Shown in pieces: positions 28,394 through 37,440 of a stretch of 64,000 bases of DNA. Under the pieces are notes generated by a model. That model had not been told where the DNA came from, made no database searches, and saw nothing but the letters and a program-made list of their open reading frames with translations. How positions within the stretch are numbered: position 1 is the first letter of the stretch; each line of letters opens with the position of its first letter. A program made the translations under genes and the position numbers. Location: the NCBI GenBank assembly GCA_963806225.1, contig CAWDXG010000004.1:4736001-4800000 (forward strand). The letters are read 5' to 3'. This stretch comes from an uncultured delta proteobacterium (lineage in GTDB: Bacteria; Myxococcota_A; Polyangia; Polyangiales; Polyangiaceae).

Positions 28394-29452
28394 ATGACGC
28401 CCGGGCTTCACGAGCTGGAGTGCAACAACTGCGGCGCGCCCATCAACCCGCCTGCCGAGTCGACGGTGGTGCGCTGCGACCACTGCGGACAGCCGCACAT
28501 GTGGGTGGCGCCGCAGTCGAGTGGCGAACAGGGCCGATGGATGGTGCAGCAGGCGCCCGCCGGCAGGGGCGGCGCGCTCAAGTGGCTGCTGCTCGGCGGC
28601 GCGGTGCTGGTGGCGCTGGCCGCGGCGGGCGTGGTCGCCGGCATCTTGATGTGGTCGAAGGGTGCGCGCGGCGGGAGCGGAGAGGCGCCCGTCACCGCGG
28701 ACACGCCGCTGACGATCGGCGACGACGTGACGGTGCACACCACGAAAAACCACTCCTGCCAGAGCTACGTCGCGGCGCTGCTCGGGGACGGCCGCGTGCG
28801 CGTGGCCGACTGCGGCGGGGGCGACAGCCCGCTGTCCGCGGCGCGCTCGCTCTTGACGCTCGACACCTACTCGTTCCGCAAGCCCGCCGTGGACGACGTC
28901 GTACTTTGGAGGGTCGCCGGCAGATGGCAACGCTTCGTGGTGGTGGGGCTGGACGCGGGCGGCCACGTGCGCGTGGAACCGCTGCTCGGTGGCAACGGCG
29001 AGAGCGTGGATCCCAAGGCGCTGCGCGTGGTGTGGCGCCACGACGGCAGCAGCGCGGGGTTCCGGTGGGTGCCGCCACCCGCCGGCGCGGCGTTCGCAGT
29101 CGGCGACGTGGTCGGCTATCGCGACGCGGGGGTCATCAAGAGCGGCAAGGTGACGCGCATCGACGGCGCCCGGCTCGAGCTTCTGCCCGGCTACCTCGAT
29201 CACGGCACGTTCGCGCCGGAAAAGGACGCGACGCCCACGCGGCGCGCACAGAACACGCTGCTGCTGCAGCTGGCCTCGCCGTCTTCACCCCCCGGGCCCT
29301 GGCAGACGCTGCTGGTGCAGAAGGAGGGCAAGTGGCAGCGGGTCAAGCTGGCAAGCACCGACGAGCACGGACGCTGGGGGGTGCAGGACAGCGACGGACA
29401 CCAGCGGGTGGTGTGGGGAGGACACGCCCTCGAGCTCCCGCACGCCAGGTGA
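28394..29452 (+). CDS. Zinc-ribbon + TM + beta-rich extracytoplasmic protein
   Basis: CNNC...CDHC at N-terminus, one TM helix, several short SH3/Tudor-like beta units. Confidence 0.7.
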   Translation: MTPGLHELECNNCGAPINPPAESTVVRCDHCGQPHMWVAPQSSGEQGRWMVQQAPAGRGGALKWLLLGGAVLVALAAAGVVAGILMWSKGARGGSGEAPVTADTPLTIGDDVTVHTTKNHSCQSYVAALLGDGRVRVADCGGGDSPLSAARSLLTLDTYSFRKPAVDDVVLWRVAGRWQRFVVVGLDAGGHVRVEPLLGGNGESVDPKALRVVWRHDGSSAGFRWVPPPAGAAFAVGDVVGYRDAGVIKSGKVTRIDGARLELLPGYLDHGTFAPEKDATPTRRAQNTLLLQLASPSSPPGPWQTLLVQKEGKWQRVKLASTDEHGRWGVQDSDGHQRVVWGGHALELPHAR

Positions 29453-29658
29453 ACGGCGTTGCTGCGCCGGCCGCAGAAGGTGGCGCCAAGCACCCAGCTC
29501 TGCGGGAGGCGCGCTTTCGTGGCGGCGGGGCGCACCGGATGACCGTCATCATGGGTGCGAGCCCCGCGTCGGACCTGGGTGCGGCAGCTCGGGCCAGACA
29601 CCTGCATCGCCTCGAGCGGCAGTGTGGACAAACGCTGCCGAAGCCTTAGCCTTCCGGC

Positions 29659-32349
29659 ATGGGCCGCTCGCTGGGATGGGTGTGCGCTTTTGCCGTCGTG
29701 GCTCTGCTGGGCTGCGGCGGAAATCCGGATGTGAAACACACGAGCGGCGACGAGTACGACGCGAAGCTGTTTCCGACTACGCACGTGCTCGACGCCGACG
29801 CCATGCAGGCGCTGTCCGCCTACGACGAGGACGGCACGCTGCATTTTTCCGGAACTCCGCCCGTGCTGGAGGGGATCCAGCCGCCGGAAGTCGTGATCGG
29901 CGGCGTCTCGCCGGCATCTCCGGGTGGCTTCCTGCGCTTCGTCACGTCCACTGGCTCGGACGCGGGCGGGCTCGTGCTGCACACGGCGCAGGCGCCGATC
30001 CAGATGGCGTTCCAGAAGCTGCACGTCAAGTTCACGCGCCACATTGCCGACCTCGGTGCGCCGGACGTGGCCTGGAACTGGGCGCCCCAGCGCGTGCTGG
30101 CCAACAACTCGAAGTGGCAGTCGAAGCATTTCGATTTCTTCGCCCAGAACGGCGATGGGGATCCGACGACGACCGACGACCAGGTCCACGCCGTCGGCGA
30201 TCTGTCGGGGGGCTTCGACTACACGTTCGGCATCGACGTGGACTGGGGCGACGTCTTCGGTCTTCCCGGCGCACTGAAGGACTGCGCCAAGAGTCTCTTC
30301 ACAAGCTGCTCGGTGCAGGACCTGCTGCCCGAGGTCATCGTCGGCTACGGGGTCTCGGCGGGCGCGGATGCCTCGATGCATATGCAGGGCGTCGCCTTCC
30401 TGCCCTACGAGGCGCCCTACACGATCGGCGTGGCCGAGCTCGACGCGCTCAAGATCGGCCCGCTGTGGTTTTTCCCCACCGTCGAGGTGAAGGCCACGCT
30501 CTCGGGCAATGCGACGAGTCAGTTCTCCTTCGACCTGGGCGCGCACGCGAGTGCCGGAATGGGGGTCACGTTCTCGAGTAAGCACGGCCCCAACGTCGAG
30601 CCGCCCCACGCGGATTTCCACTTCGACTCCGCCAACGTCGACGCGACGCTCCAGGCGGGCGGCCGCGTCGACGTCGGACCGGAGCTGCACCTCAGGCTGT
30701 ACAAGATCGCGGGACCGTACGCCGGGTTGTCCGCGTTTGCGGATCTGTCGGCCGACCAGACCCGCACGCCCTGCTACGAGCTGCACGCCGGCGTCAGCGC
30801 CAATTTCGGCTTCGACATCCAGTCGCCCGATCTGCCGCTACTCGGCCACGTCACGCTCGCGGACTGGAAGAAGAAGTACGATCTCTTCAGCCAGCTCGCG
30901 GACTCGGGCGCGTGCAAGCCGCTGCCCGGCGGCAGCGGGCCGTCGCCGACCGGAGGCGACCCCGACGCGGCCGCATTTGCCAACCCGACGTTCACCCCAT
31001 GGTCGAAGACCTATGCGGGGGCCGTGGCTCAGCACCCCTATCTGGGGCCGGGCGGGCAGATCGCGTGGGTCGACGCGACGCCCACCATCGACGGGCGCTT
31101 CGTGCTGTCCGGTTCGAGCAACAAGGCCCTGGTCAAGCTCGATCCCGACGGCAAGGTCGTGTGGTCGAAGCGCTATCTCGGACCGGTTTCGTTCTACAAC
31201 GACACGCTGACGCCGGAGCTGCTCGTTTCCAACGTGCTGAACCTTCCAGACGGAACAATGCTGGCGGTCGCGCATCCGTACACGCTGATGAAGCTGGAAG
31301 CCGACGGCAGCGTGCTGTGGGCCGAGCAGTTCGGCGTCGTCTATCGCGACTCGACGATGCGCCTGACGAGCGTGGCGCCCGCGCCCGACGGCGGGTTCTT
31401 CGTCGGAGGAACCGCCGGAGAAAACCGCATCTACGCGCAGAAGGTCGACGCCTGGCTGATGCGCCTCGACAAGAGCGGCAAGGTGCTGTGGTCGAAGCGC
31501 TGGGGCAACGCGACCGACGGCGAGACGCTCCGCACCGTGCTGGCGTGGCAGGACGGTGTGGTCGCGGGCGGCGCGACCTGGGTCGACTCGCTCAGCCGCT
31601 GGCGCGCCTGGACCACGCGCTTCGACGGCGACGGCAACCAGCTCTGGTCGAAGACCTACGACGCCCGCAAGTGCGGCTCCACCTACGAGGCTTCAGCCTT
31701 CGTGACCAGCGGGCTCGTCGCGAAGGACGGCGACGCGGTCCTGGCCGGCACCATCGAGGAAGCGCACGACTACACGCTCGTGTTCAAGATGAAGCCCGAC
31801 GGGACGCTCGCGTGGTCCGCGTCGGGCGGGTCTAGCCGGGACGTGGATACGGGGACCAGCGTCGTGCGCATCACCGAGCTGCCGACCAGCGGCTATCTTC
31901 TCAGCGGTACGCTCGGCTATTCGGAAAACGGCACCTACAGCGACGATCAGCAGGACCTGTTCCTCGGCGCCACCGATTCGGTCGGGCACATGCTGTGGCT
32001 GAACCGCTATGGCGGGAGCCGCATCGAGGCGAACGTGCCGAGGCGCTCCGACACGCGTGCCGGCGCTACACTGACCCGGGACGGCGGCGTGCTGCTCGTC
32101 GGATACACCGACACGCTGACGCCGACCGGCAACGGCTTGTGGGTCGCCAAGTTGCCCGCAAAGAACGGCAGCATCGCCTTCAACGGCGCGACCACCGCCG
32201 TGACGGGGCCGGTCACGTTCGCTGATCCCGGCTACTGCTTCACGGCGAGCGACTGGAACGAGCCTCCGGCTGACTACGACGCGCAACCCGCGCCGCTCGT
32301 TGTGAAGGTCGAGTCGGTCAAGATCGATAGCTACGCGCAGACGCCGTAG
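29659..32349 (+). CDS. Large lipoprotein with C-terminal beta-propeller
   Basis: LLGC lipobox; repeated KLDPDGKVVWSKRY / RLDKSGKVLWSKRW / RFDGDGNQLWSKTY blades. Confidence 0.85.
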   Translation: MGRSLGWVCAFAVVALLGCGGNPDVKHTSGDEYDAKLFPTTHVLDADAMQALSAYDEDGTLHFSGTPPVLEGIQPPEVVIGGVSPASPGGFLRFVTSTGSDAGGLVLHTAQAPIQMAFQKLHVKFTRHIADLGAPDVAWNWAPQRVLANNSKWQSKHFDFFAQNGDGDPTTTDDQVHAVGDLSGGFDYTFGIDVDWGDVFGLPGALKDCAKSLFTSCSVQDLLPEVIVGYGVSAGADASMHMQGVAFLPYEAPYTIGVAELDALKIGPLWFFPTVEVKATLSGNATSQFSFDLGAHASAGMGVTFSSKHGPNVEPPHADFHFDSANVDATLQAGGRVDVGPELHLRLYKIAGPYAGLSAFADLSADQTRTPCYELHAGVSANFGFDIQSPDLPLLGHVTLADWKKKYDLFSQLADSGACKPLPGGSGPSPTGGDPDAAAFANPTFTPWSKTYAGAVAQHPYLGPGGQIAWVDATPTIDGRFVLSGSSNKALVKLDPDGKVVWSKRYLGPVSFYNDTLTPELLVSNVLNLPDGTMLAVAHPYTLMKLEADGSVLWAEQFGVVYRDSTMRLTSVAPAPDGGFFVGGTAGENRIYAQKVDAWLMRLDKSGKVLWSKRWGNATDGETLRTVLAWQDGVVAGGATWVDSLSRWRAWTTRFDGDGNQLWSKTYDARKCGSTYEASAFVTSGLVAKDGDAVLAGTIEEAHDYTLVFKMKPDGTLAWSASGGSSRDVDTGTSVVRITELPTSGYLLSGTLGYSENGTYSDDQQDLFLGATDSVGHMLWLNRYGGSRIEANVPRRSDTRAGATLTRDGGVLLVGYTDTLTPTGNGLWVAKLPAKNGSIAFNGATTAVTGPVTFADPGYCFTASDWNEPPADYDAQPAPLVVKVESVKIDSYAQTP

Positions 32350-32517
32350 CTCGGCCGCGGCCGGCGCGCTCGACACGCGCGAAAACCAGGCTGTGGCCCA
32401 CATATCCCCGGAATCGTTGATGTCGTACACCCACGGAAAGGGGGTGAAGCGCGACCGGAGTCGACCAGCGAAAAACGGATTGCAGCCGAGCCGCAGCGCG
32501 GTTGACCTACCAGGGAC

Positions 32518-33228
32518 GTGAATCGCTTCGCTCTCTATCTCTCGGTCATCGTGGTCTCGGCGGCGACGGCCTTCGGCACCACCGTGTACGTTTTGCGCTC
32601 GGGGCGCTTCTCACCAAAAAAAGAAGCTCGAGTGACGGTGCCCAAGCTCGTGGGGATCTCTGAAAAGGATGCCAGAGCGAATCTGCAAGCGCTCCACCTG
32701 CTGCTGCTGGTCGGTGCTCGCAAGCCGACTCCAGACGTGCAACCCGACACCGTGATTGCTCAATCGATACCACCGGGGCAGACCCTGCCGCGCGGTCAGG
32801 CCATCACGGTCACTTTCGCGCAGGCGCCCCCCAAGGTGCCCGACGTCGTCGGCCATACCCTGGACGAAGCGAAGCAGCTCCTGGCGAAGCAGGGCATCGG
32901 AGTCGAAGAGGGCAAACCCGTCGCCAGCAAGGACGTTGCGGAAGGCCATGTCGTCTTGCAGGATCCGCCGGCGGGTCCTGCTAGGAAGAAGCCTGCGCGG
33001 GTGGTGGTCAGTCTGTCGTCTGGGCCGAGCGAAGTCGTGGTGCCCAAGGTGCTCGGGCAGCCGGTCGGCAAGGCCAAGGAGACGCTCGAAGCGGCTGGGC
33101 TCGAAGCCCAGGTCATGTGGACGGCACGAGCCGAGACGGCCACAGGCATCGTGCTCAGCCAGCGGCCTGCCCCGGACACCAAGGCCAAGCCCGGCGACAA
33201 GGTGATGATCACGGCCGTCCACAGATAG
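32518..33228 (+). CDS. Membrane-anchored protein with three PASTA domains
   Basis: VPKLVG..EKDA, VPDVVG.TLDEA, VPKVLG..VGKA repeats, each with a VIAQ/VVLQ/VLSQ..P motif. Confidence 0.88.
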   Translation: MNRFALYLSVIVVSAATAFGTTVYVLRSGRFSPKKEARVTVPKLVGISEKDARANLQALHLLLLVGARKPTPDVQPDTVIAQSIPPGQTLPRGQAITVTFAQAPPKVPDVVGHTLDEAKQLLAKQGIGVEEGKPVASKDVAEGHVVLQDPPAGPARKKPARVVVSLSSGPSEVVVPKVLGQPVGKAKETLEAAGLEAQVMWTARAETATGIVLSQRPAPDTKAKPGDKVMITAVHR

Positions 33229-33595
33229 GCGAGCCGCTGTGCCGAGCCTATGGATGTGCGCGTGCGCCAAGGCATGCGACGGTTCGAACCTTGGTTGCGC
33301 GCCGCCCGCCGGACCGCTGCCGCTGCTCTGGTACAGGCTTGACGGCGGCGCGAAGAACTCCGGCTCGCTGGGTTCCCAGTACGATGGCGTGAACCACGGC
33401 GCGACATGGGTGCCGGGCGTGATCGGGCGAGGCGGGCGATGGTCGACGGCGTCGTCGCTTCCGACGCCGTGCAATCCACCGGTCGAGTCGCTGTCAGCCG
33501 CTCGTGCCCGCGTCGGTGACGCCGCCCGCGCCGCCGGCACTGCTCAGCCGCAGGCCGGCCGTCATCGTCCTGCATACCCGATCTTCAACCTCTGG

Positions 33596-34399
33596 CTAGA
33601 GTTCGCAGTCGCCCCAGACCTTGACGGTCTTCACCTTTCCGTCGCCGTCGGGGAGCGATTTCCGCTTGAAAGCGACCGACTTTCCCTTGGGCATTACCTT
33701 CTGGAACCAGGTGTCGATGGTCGTTGCCTCGACCTCCCACAGCTTGCCGTCCGCGGCGTACATCCCGATGACGGCGTGCGGCGAGCGGCAGCCCGCCGGG
33801 CCGGTACTCACCACGGTTCCCGCGACCGAGTAGAAGCCGAGATCGTTGTGGCTGGTCGACACGCCTTCCACCTTCGCGCTCATGCTACCGTCGGTAGGCA
33901 CGGCGTCGGCGCTCACCTTGTACGACGCGTAGGGACGCGCGAGCTTCTCCATGTCGCGCGTGTACTCGAAGACAGCAATTTCGCCGGGAGGCAGCACCGA
34001 TCGAGCGCTGTACACGCCTTCGCCCTTGCCCATGGCTGCAGCGACTGATTTGACGTTGATCGGCTTTCCGCTCGAGTCGAGCAACGTGACGTGCGCTTCT
34101 ACGAAGCGCATCCATTCCTTCGTGTTGTTGTGGATCTCGCCCGGGATCTTCACGTATCCGTTTGCCGTTCGTGCGTGGCCGACGACAAAGGGCAGTGATA
34201 CCAGGGGCCCGTGGCCGGCTGGCGTGGGCGTCGCCCCGGCACCCGTTGCCGGCGCCGGGGCGCCACCGGTCGTCGACGCGGCTCCAGTTGGAGCCGCGCC
34301 GGGTGCAGCTTGCGCCGACGTTGTCCCCGGCTTTGAGGGGTGCTTGCACGCGAGCAGCGCGGCCACGAGGAAGATCAGATTGACGCTCTGGTGTTTCAT
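33596..34399 (-). CDS. Lipoprotein with two FxLYD-like Ig-fold domains
   Basis: LLAC lipobox; GEIHNN...VTLLDSSGK and GTVVS...GMYAADGK. Confidence 0.75.
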   Translation of the reverse strand: MKHQSVNLIFLVAALLACKHPSKPGTTSAQAAPGAAPTGAASTTGGAPAPATGAGATPTPAGHGPLVSLPFVVGHARTANGYVKIPGEIHNNTKEWMRFVEAHVTLLDSSGKPINVKSVAAAMGKGEGVYSARSVLPPGEIAVFEYTRDMEKLARPYASYKVSADAVPTDGSMSAKVEGVSTSHNDLGFYSVAGTVVSTGPAGCRSPHAVIGMYAADGKLWEVEATTIDTWFQKVMPKGKSVAFKRKSLPDGDGKVKTVKVWGDCEL

Positions 34400-34685
34400 G
34401 GCTTCTCTCCGACAGTTGTTCCCAGTGGGGTCAGGCTACGGGGACTGTCCCGGGTCGTCGAGACAATGGCGACCGCTCGCGGCTGGTGGAAGGCCCGCCT
34501 CGACCGCCTGAGCGCCGGCGACACGCTTCTCGTGCAAGGCGGTTGAGCAAACAGATCCACATATCCCTTTGGCAACCACACATGTCACAGTCGCGACCAT
34601 GCGGCGGGGCTGGCCGCTTCAGCAGCCGTCAACGCGCGCTGGACCAGAAAATGTCGAGAAGTCGAAACGTCGAAAACGCCCGTCC

Positions 34686-35165
34686 TCAGCGCACGCAACG
34701 CACGTGATACGAAGTCGTCACGACGGTGGCGTTCGTGGAGCCGTAGTCGAAGTAGACGTACCACGCGCTGGACGGCGCCGCGACCAACGGGGATGAGGAC
34801 CAGAAGAACGGGGGGGAGGGCATGCCCGGGAACGCCGTCGCGTCGATGGCCGGCGCGGGCAAGGCCACGCTGAAATCGACCAGCGTCATCAGCTCTTTCA
34901 CGCTCGGCACGCGCCAGCCACCGCCGGCCAGCGCCAGGCCCGCGCAGTAGCTCTGCGCCTGCGCCCACGTGTATTGGGCCGGGTCCACGGCCTGCTGCCA
35001 GACGAGCTTCGTCGCGGTGTCCGTGACGGTGCCGCCCGCGATCGCGTAGCGGCCCGCAGGCGCGTTGGCGCGGGCGCTCGACGCCGGCAGGGCGAGCGCG
35101 CAGGCGGCGCCGAGCGCGAGGGCGCCGGAACGGGCAAGGACGGAGCGGAACATTCGATGGGTCAT
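34686..35165 (-). CDS. Secreted DUF1566 (Lcl C-terminal, CLec-fold) protein; probable DGR target
   Basis: TVTDTATKLVWQ, WAQAQSYC, WRVPSVKEL, FWSSS, terminal VRCVR; signal peptide. Confidence 0.9.
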   Translation of the reverse strand: MTHRMFRSVLARSGALALGAACALALPASSARANAPAGRYAIAGGTVTDTATKLVWQQAVDPAQYTWAQAQSYCAGLALAGGGWRVPSVKELMTLVDFSVALPAPAIDATAFPGMPSPPFFWSSSPLVAAPSSAWYVYFDYGSTNATVVTTSYHVRCVR

Positions 35166-35329
35166 GTCTCCTCCAGCTTCGAGAGCGCGACGTGCTCGAA
35201 GCGATTGGCGAGCTCGCGCCCGTGGGCGTTCTCGTGGCCCTTGGGAAAGCGCAGCACTGCCCTGTCCACGCGCACCGCCGAGTCCATGGCGGTGCGGAAG
35301 ATGGGCAGAGCTTCGTAGTAGCTGGGCAT
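35162..35329 (-). pseudogene. N-terminal fragment of a four-helix-bundle / Avd-like protein
   Basis: MPSYYEALPIFRTAMD...V.RFPK.H....G.EL.N resembles Avd-like N-termini; only 55 aa; lies between two DUF1566 genes. Confidence 0.65.
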
Positions 35330-35380
35330 CGTCACCCGGAACAAAGATCGAAGGTCAAGAGCGTCGAGCAAATCCGTCCT

Positions 35381-36586
35381 CTAGCGCACGCAACGCACGC
35401 GAAGCCCAGCCGTCAGGTCGCCGTGGTCCGCGTCGCCGAGGCTGAAGCCGAGGTACCACGCGCCGGTCGGCTGCCCGGCAGCAGGTACCGAGGACCAGAA
35501 GTGCATTGGCGGCGTCCCCGGAAACGCCGTCGCGTCGATAGCAGGGTCGTGCTTGGTGTAGTCCACCAGCGAGAGCAGCTCGATTTCGGTGGGCAAGCGC
35601 CAGTCGCTGTGGCCCGCGAGCGCCAGGTTCGCGCAGTACGTCTTGGCTTCAGCCCAGTTGTAGCTCCCTGCGTCCACGGCCCGCTGCCACATCAGGCCGG
35701 TCACCTTGTCGAGCACCACGCCGGGTGTGGTCGTGTCGTAGCTGGCGGGGTTGGGCAGACCCGCGGCGACAGGGTTCGGCATGCGCCAGTCCGCCCATTG
35801 GCTGACGCAGCCTTCGCCGTCGCACACCTCGCCCGTCGCGCACGACTTTCCGCACGCGCCACAGTTCGTCGCGTCGTTCGGCACGCACGTCCCCACGCAC
35901 ACGATACCGCCGCCGGGGCAACTACACGTGCCGCCGATGCAGGCGCTCGTCGGCGCCGCGCATTGGGTCGCGCAGCCGCCGCAGTTGTTCACGTCCTTCT
36001 GCTTGTCTACGCACGTCGCGCCGCACAGGTTCGCGGGGTCGCACGCGCAGGCCCCGCTCTGGCAGGTATAGCCGGTCTGAGGGCAGGTGGCGCCGTTGTC
36101 CACCACGCCGTCGCAGTCGTTGTCCCGGCCGTCGCACTGCTCGGCGCCGCTCGACGTGCACTGGCACATGTCCGGGTAGCTCGGCAGCGGCGCGCAGGTC
36201 CACTCCGGCGCGGGCGGGCAATCGCTCGCGCTCGCGCACTGCTTGGAGCAGTGCCCGCCCGGCAGGCAGAGCTGGGAGGTGCAGTCGTCGTTCTTGGTGC
36301 ACGCTTCGCCGAAGGAACCGGGCGCGGGCTTGCAGGCGCCGGCCTGGCAGGTCGTGTCTTGCGGGCACGCAGTGCCGCACGTGCCGCAGTTGGTAGCGTC
36401 GGTCTGCGTGTCAACGCAGGCGCCGCTGCACAGCGTGAGAGCGCAAGCGCCGCCCGTGCCCGCCGTGCCGCCCGTGCCGCCGGTCGCGCCCGTGCCGCCG
36501 CCTGACGAGCCGCCGTCGCCGCAGGCCACCGTAACGGCGGCCGCAGCGGCGACACCCAGGATTCCGCGCCGACACCAACCAGACAT
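35381..36586 (-). CDS. Cys-rich lipoprotein with C-terminal DUF1566 domain; probable DGR target
   Basis: TVAC lipobox; D..NCG.C repeats; VLDKVTGLMWQ, WRLPTEIEL, FWSS, VRCVR. Confidence 0.9.
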   Translation of the reverse strand: MSGWCRRGILGVAAAAAVTVACGDGGSSGGGTGATGGTGGTAGTGGACALTLCSGACVDTQTDATNCGTCGTACPQDTTCQAGACKPAPGSFGEACTKNDDCTSQLCLPGGHCSKQCASASDCPPAPEWTCAPLPSYPDMCQCTSSGAEQCDGRDNDCDGVVDNGATCPQTGYTCQSGACACDPANLCGATCVDKQKDVNNCGGCATQCAAPTSACIGGTCSCPGGGIVCVGTCVPNDATNCGACGKSCATGEVCDGEGCVSQWADWRMPNPVAAGLPNPASYDTTTPGVVLDKVTGLMWQRAVDAGSYNWAEAKTYCANLALAGHSDWRLPTEIELLSLVDYTKHDPAIDATAFPGTPPMHFWSSVPAAGQPTGAWYLGFSLGDADHGDLTAGLRVRCVR

Positions 36587-36763
36587 TCTGATCCTCCTCG
36601 ACCACTTGCAGCAGATGTGCCCGACGTTCATCTACCGGGACGCGGCTGATCCGGGCAAATGCCCGAACGTCGGCCGAGGGCGCGTTTCTTCAGCACGGCC
36701 AGGATAGCTCCAGATCGACTTCGTATGCGCGAGACGGGCGACCCGTTGAGCGCGGTTGGCGTG

Positions 36764-37405
36764 TCAGCCACGCCTGGGACGGCGCACCGCGCGCACCTTG
36801 CCGCTCTGTCCGCCGCCGCAGAAGAAGAGATCGGCGCCGTTGGAATCGAGACCGCTCACACCTGTGCCGTCGGGCATTTCCACTTGTTCGAGCACCTCGC
36901 CGCTTTCGGGATCGATGCGGCGCAGGTCGCTCTTCTCGCCCTCCCAGGTGCCGTGCCACATCTCGCCGTCCACGAACGTCACGCCCGTCACAAAACGGTC
37001 CGAAGTGATCGTGCGCAGGACCTTGCCGCTGTCCGCATCGATCTGCACGATGGTGCGGTCGCGGTACTGGCCAACCCACAGCGTGCCTTCCGCCCAGGTG
37101 AGCCCCGAGTCCTTGCCCTGGCCTGGCGCGGGAATGCTGCCGACGACCTTGCCGGTCCTGGCATCGATCTTCTGGATGCGCGCGTCGGCGAGCTGGTAGA
37201 AGTGCGTGCCGTCGAAGGCGGTGCCGGCATCCGCGGTTACTTCGAGCCGCCGCGCGATGTTTCCGTTTTCTGGATCCAGTGCGACGAGCGCTGCGCCGGC
37301 CGCGAGCCAGACGTGCTCGCCATCGTAGCTGACGCCGCCCACGTGCGGCGCGCCTTCGAACGGTCCGTACTCGTTCACGATCTGGGCGCCTTGCTTCCTT
37401 GTCAT
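36764..37405 (-). CDS. Glutamine-cyclotransferase-like beta-propeller protein
   Basis: EYGPF, AGTAFDG, SGLTWAEGTLWVGQYR, RFVTGVT blades. Confidence 0.8.
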   Translation of the reverse strand: MTRKQGAQIVNEYGPFEGAPHVGGVSYDGEHVWLAAGAALVALDPENGNIARRLEVTADAGTAFDGTHFYQLADARIQKIDARTGKVVGSIPAPGQGKDSGLTWAEGTLWVGQYRDRTIVQIDADSGKVLRTITSDRFVTGVTFVDGEMWHGTWEGEKSDLRRIDPESGEVLEQVEMPDGTGVSGLDSNGADLFFCGGGQSGKVRAVRRPRRG

Positions 37406-37440
37406 TGGTCTGTCTCCGGTTTCTTCGCCACGAACGATCC

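Noticed and set aside
32420..32495. GAAA-loop hairpin and CAGCCGAGCCGC resembling a c-di-GMP-I/cGAMP riboswitch
   Set aside because: Lacks the conserved GAC(G)CAAAGC / GGAAAGCC junction; an Rfam cmsearch would be needed
33239..34048. ORF with a LamG-like snippet (LWYRLDG...NHGATWVPGVIG)
   Set aside because: Only about 35 codons look protein-like and the rest is antisense to the FxLYD gene; at most a small remnant
34400..34685. Possible DGR template repeat or RT downstream of the targets
   Set aside because: No AAC-rich copy of the VR on either strand here, and no RT motifs in any ORF of the window
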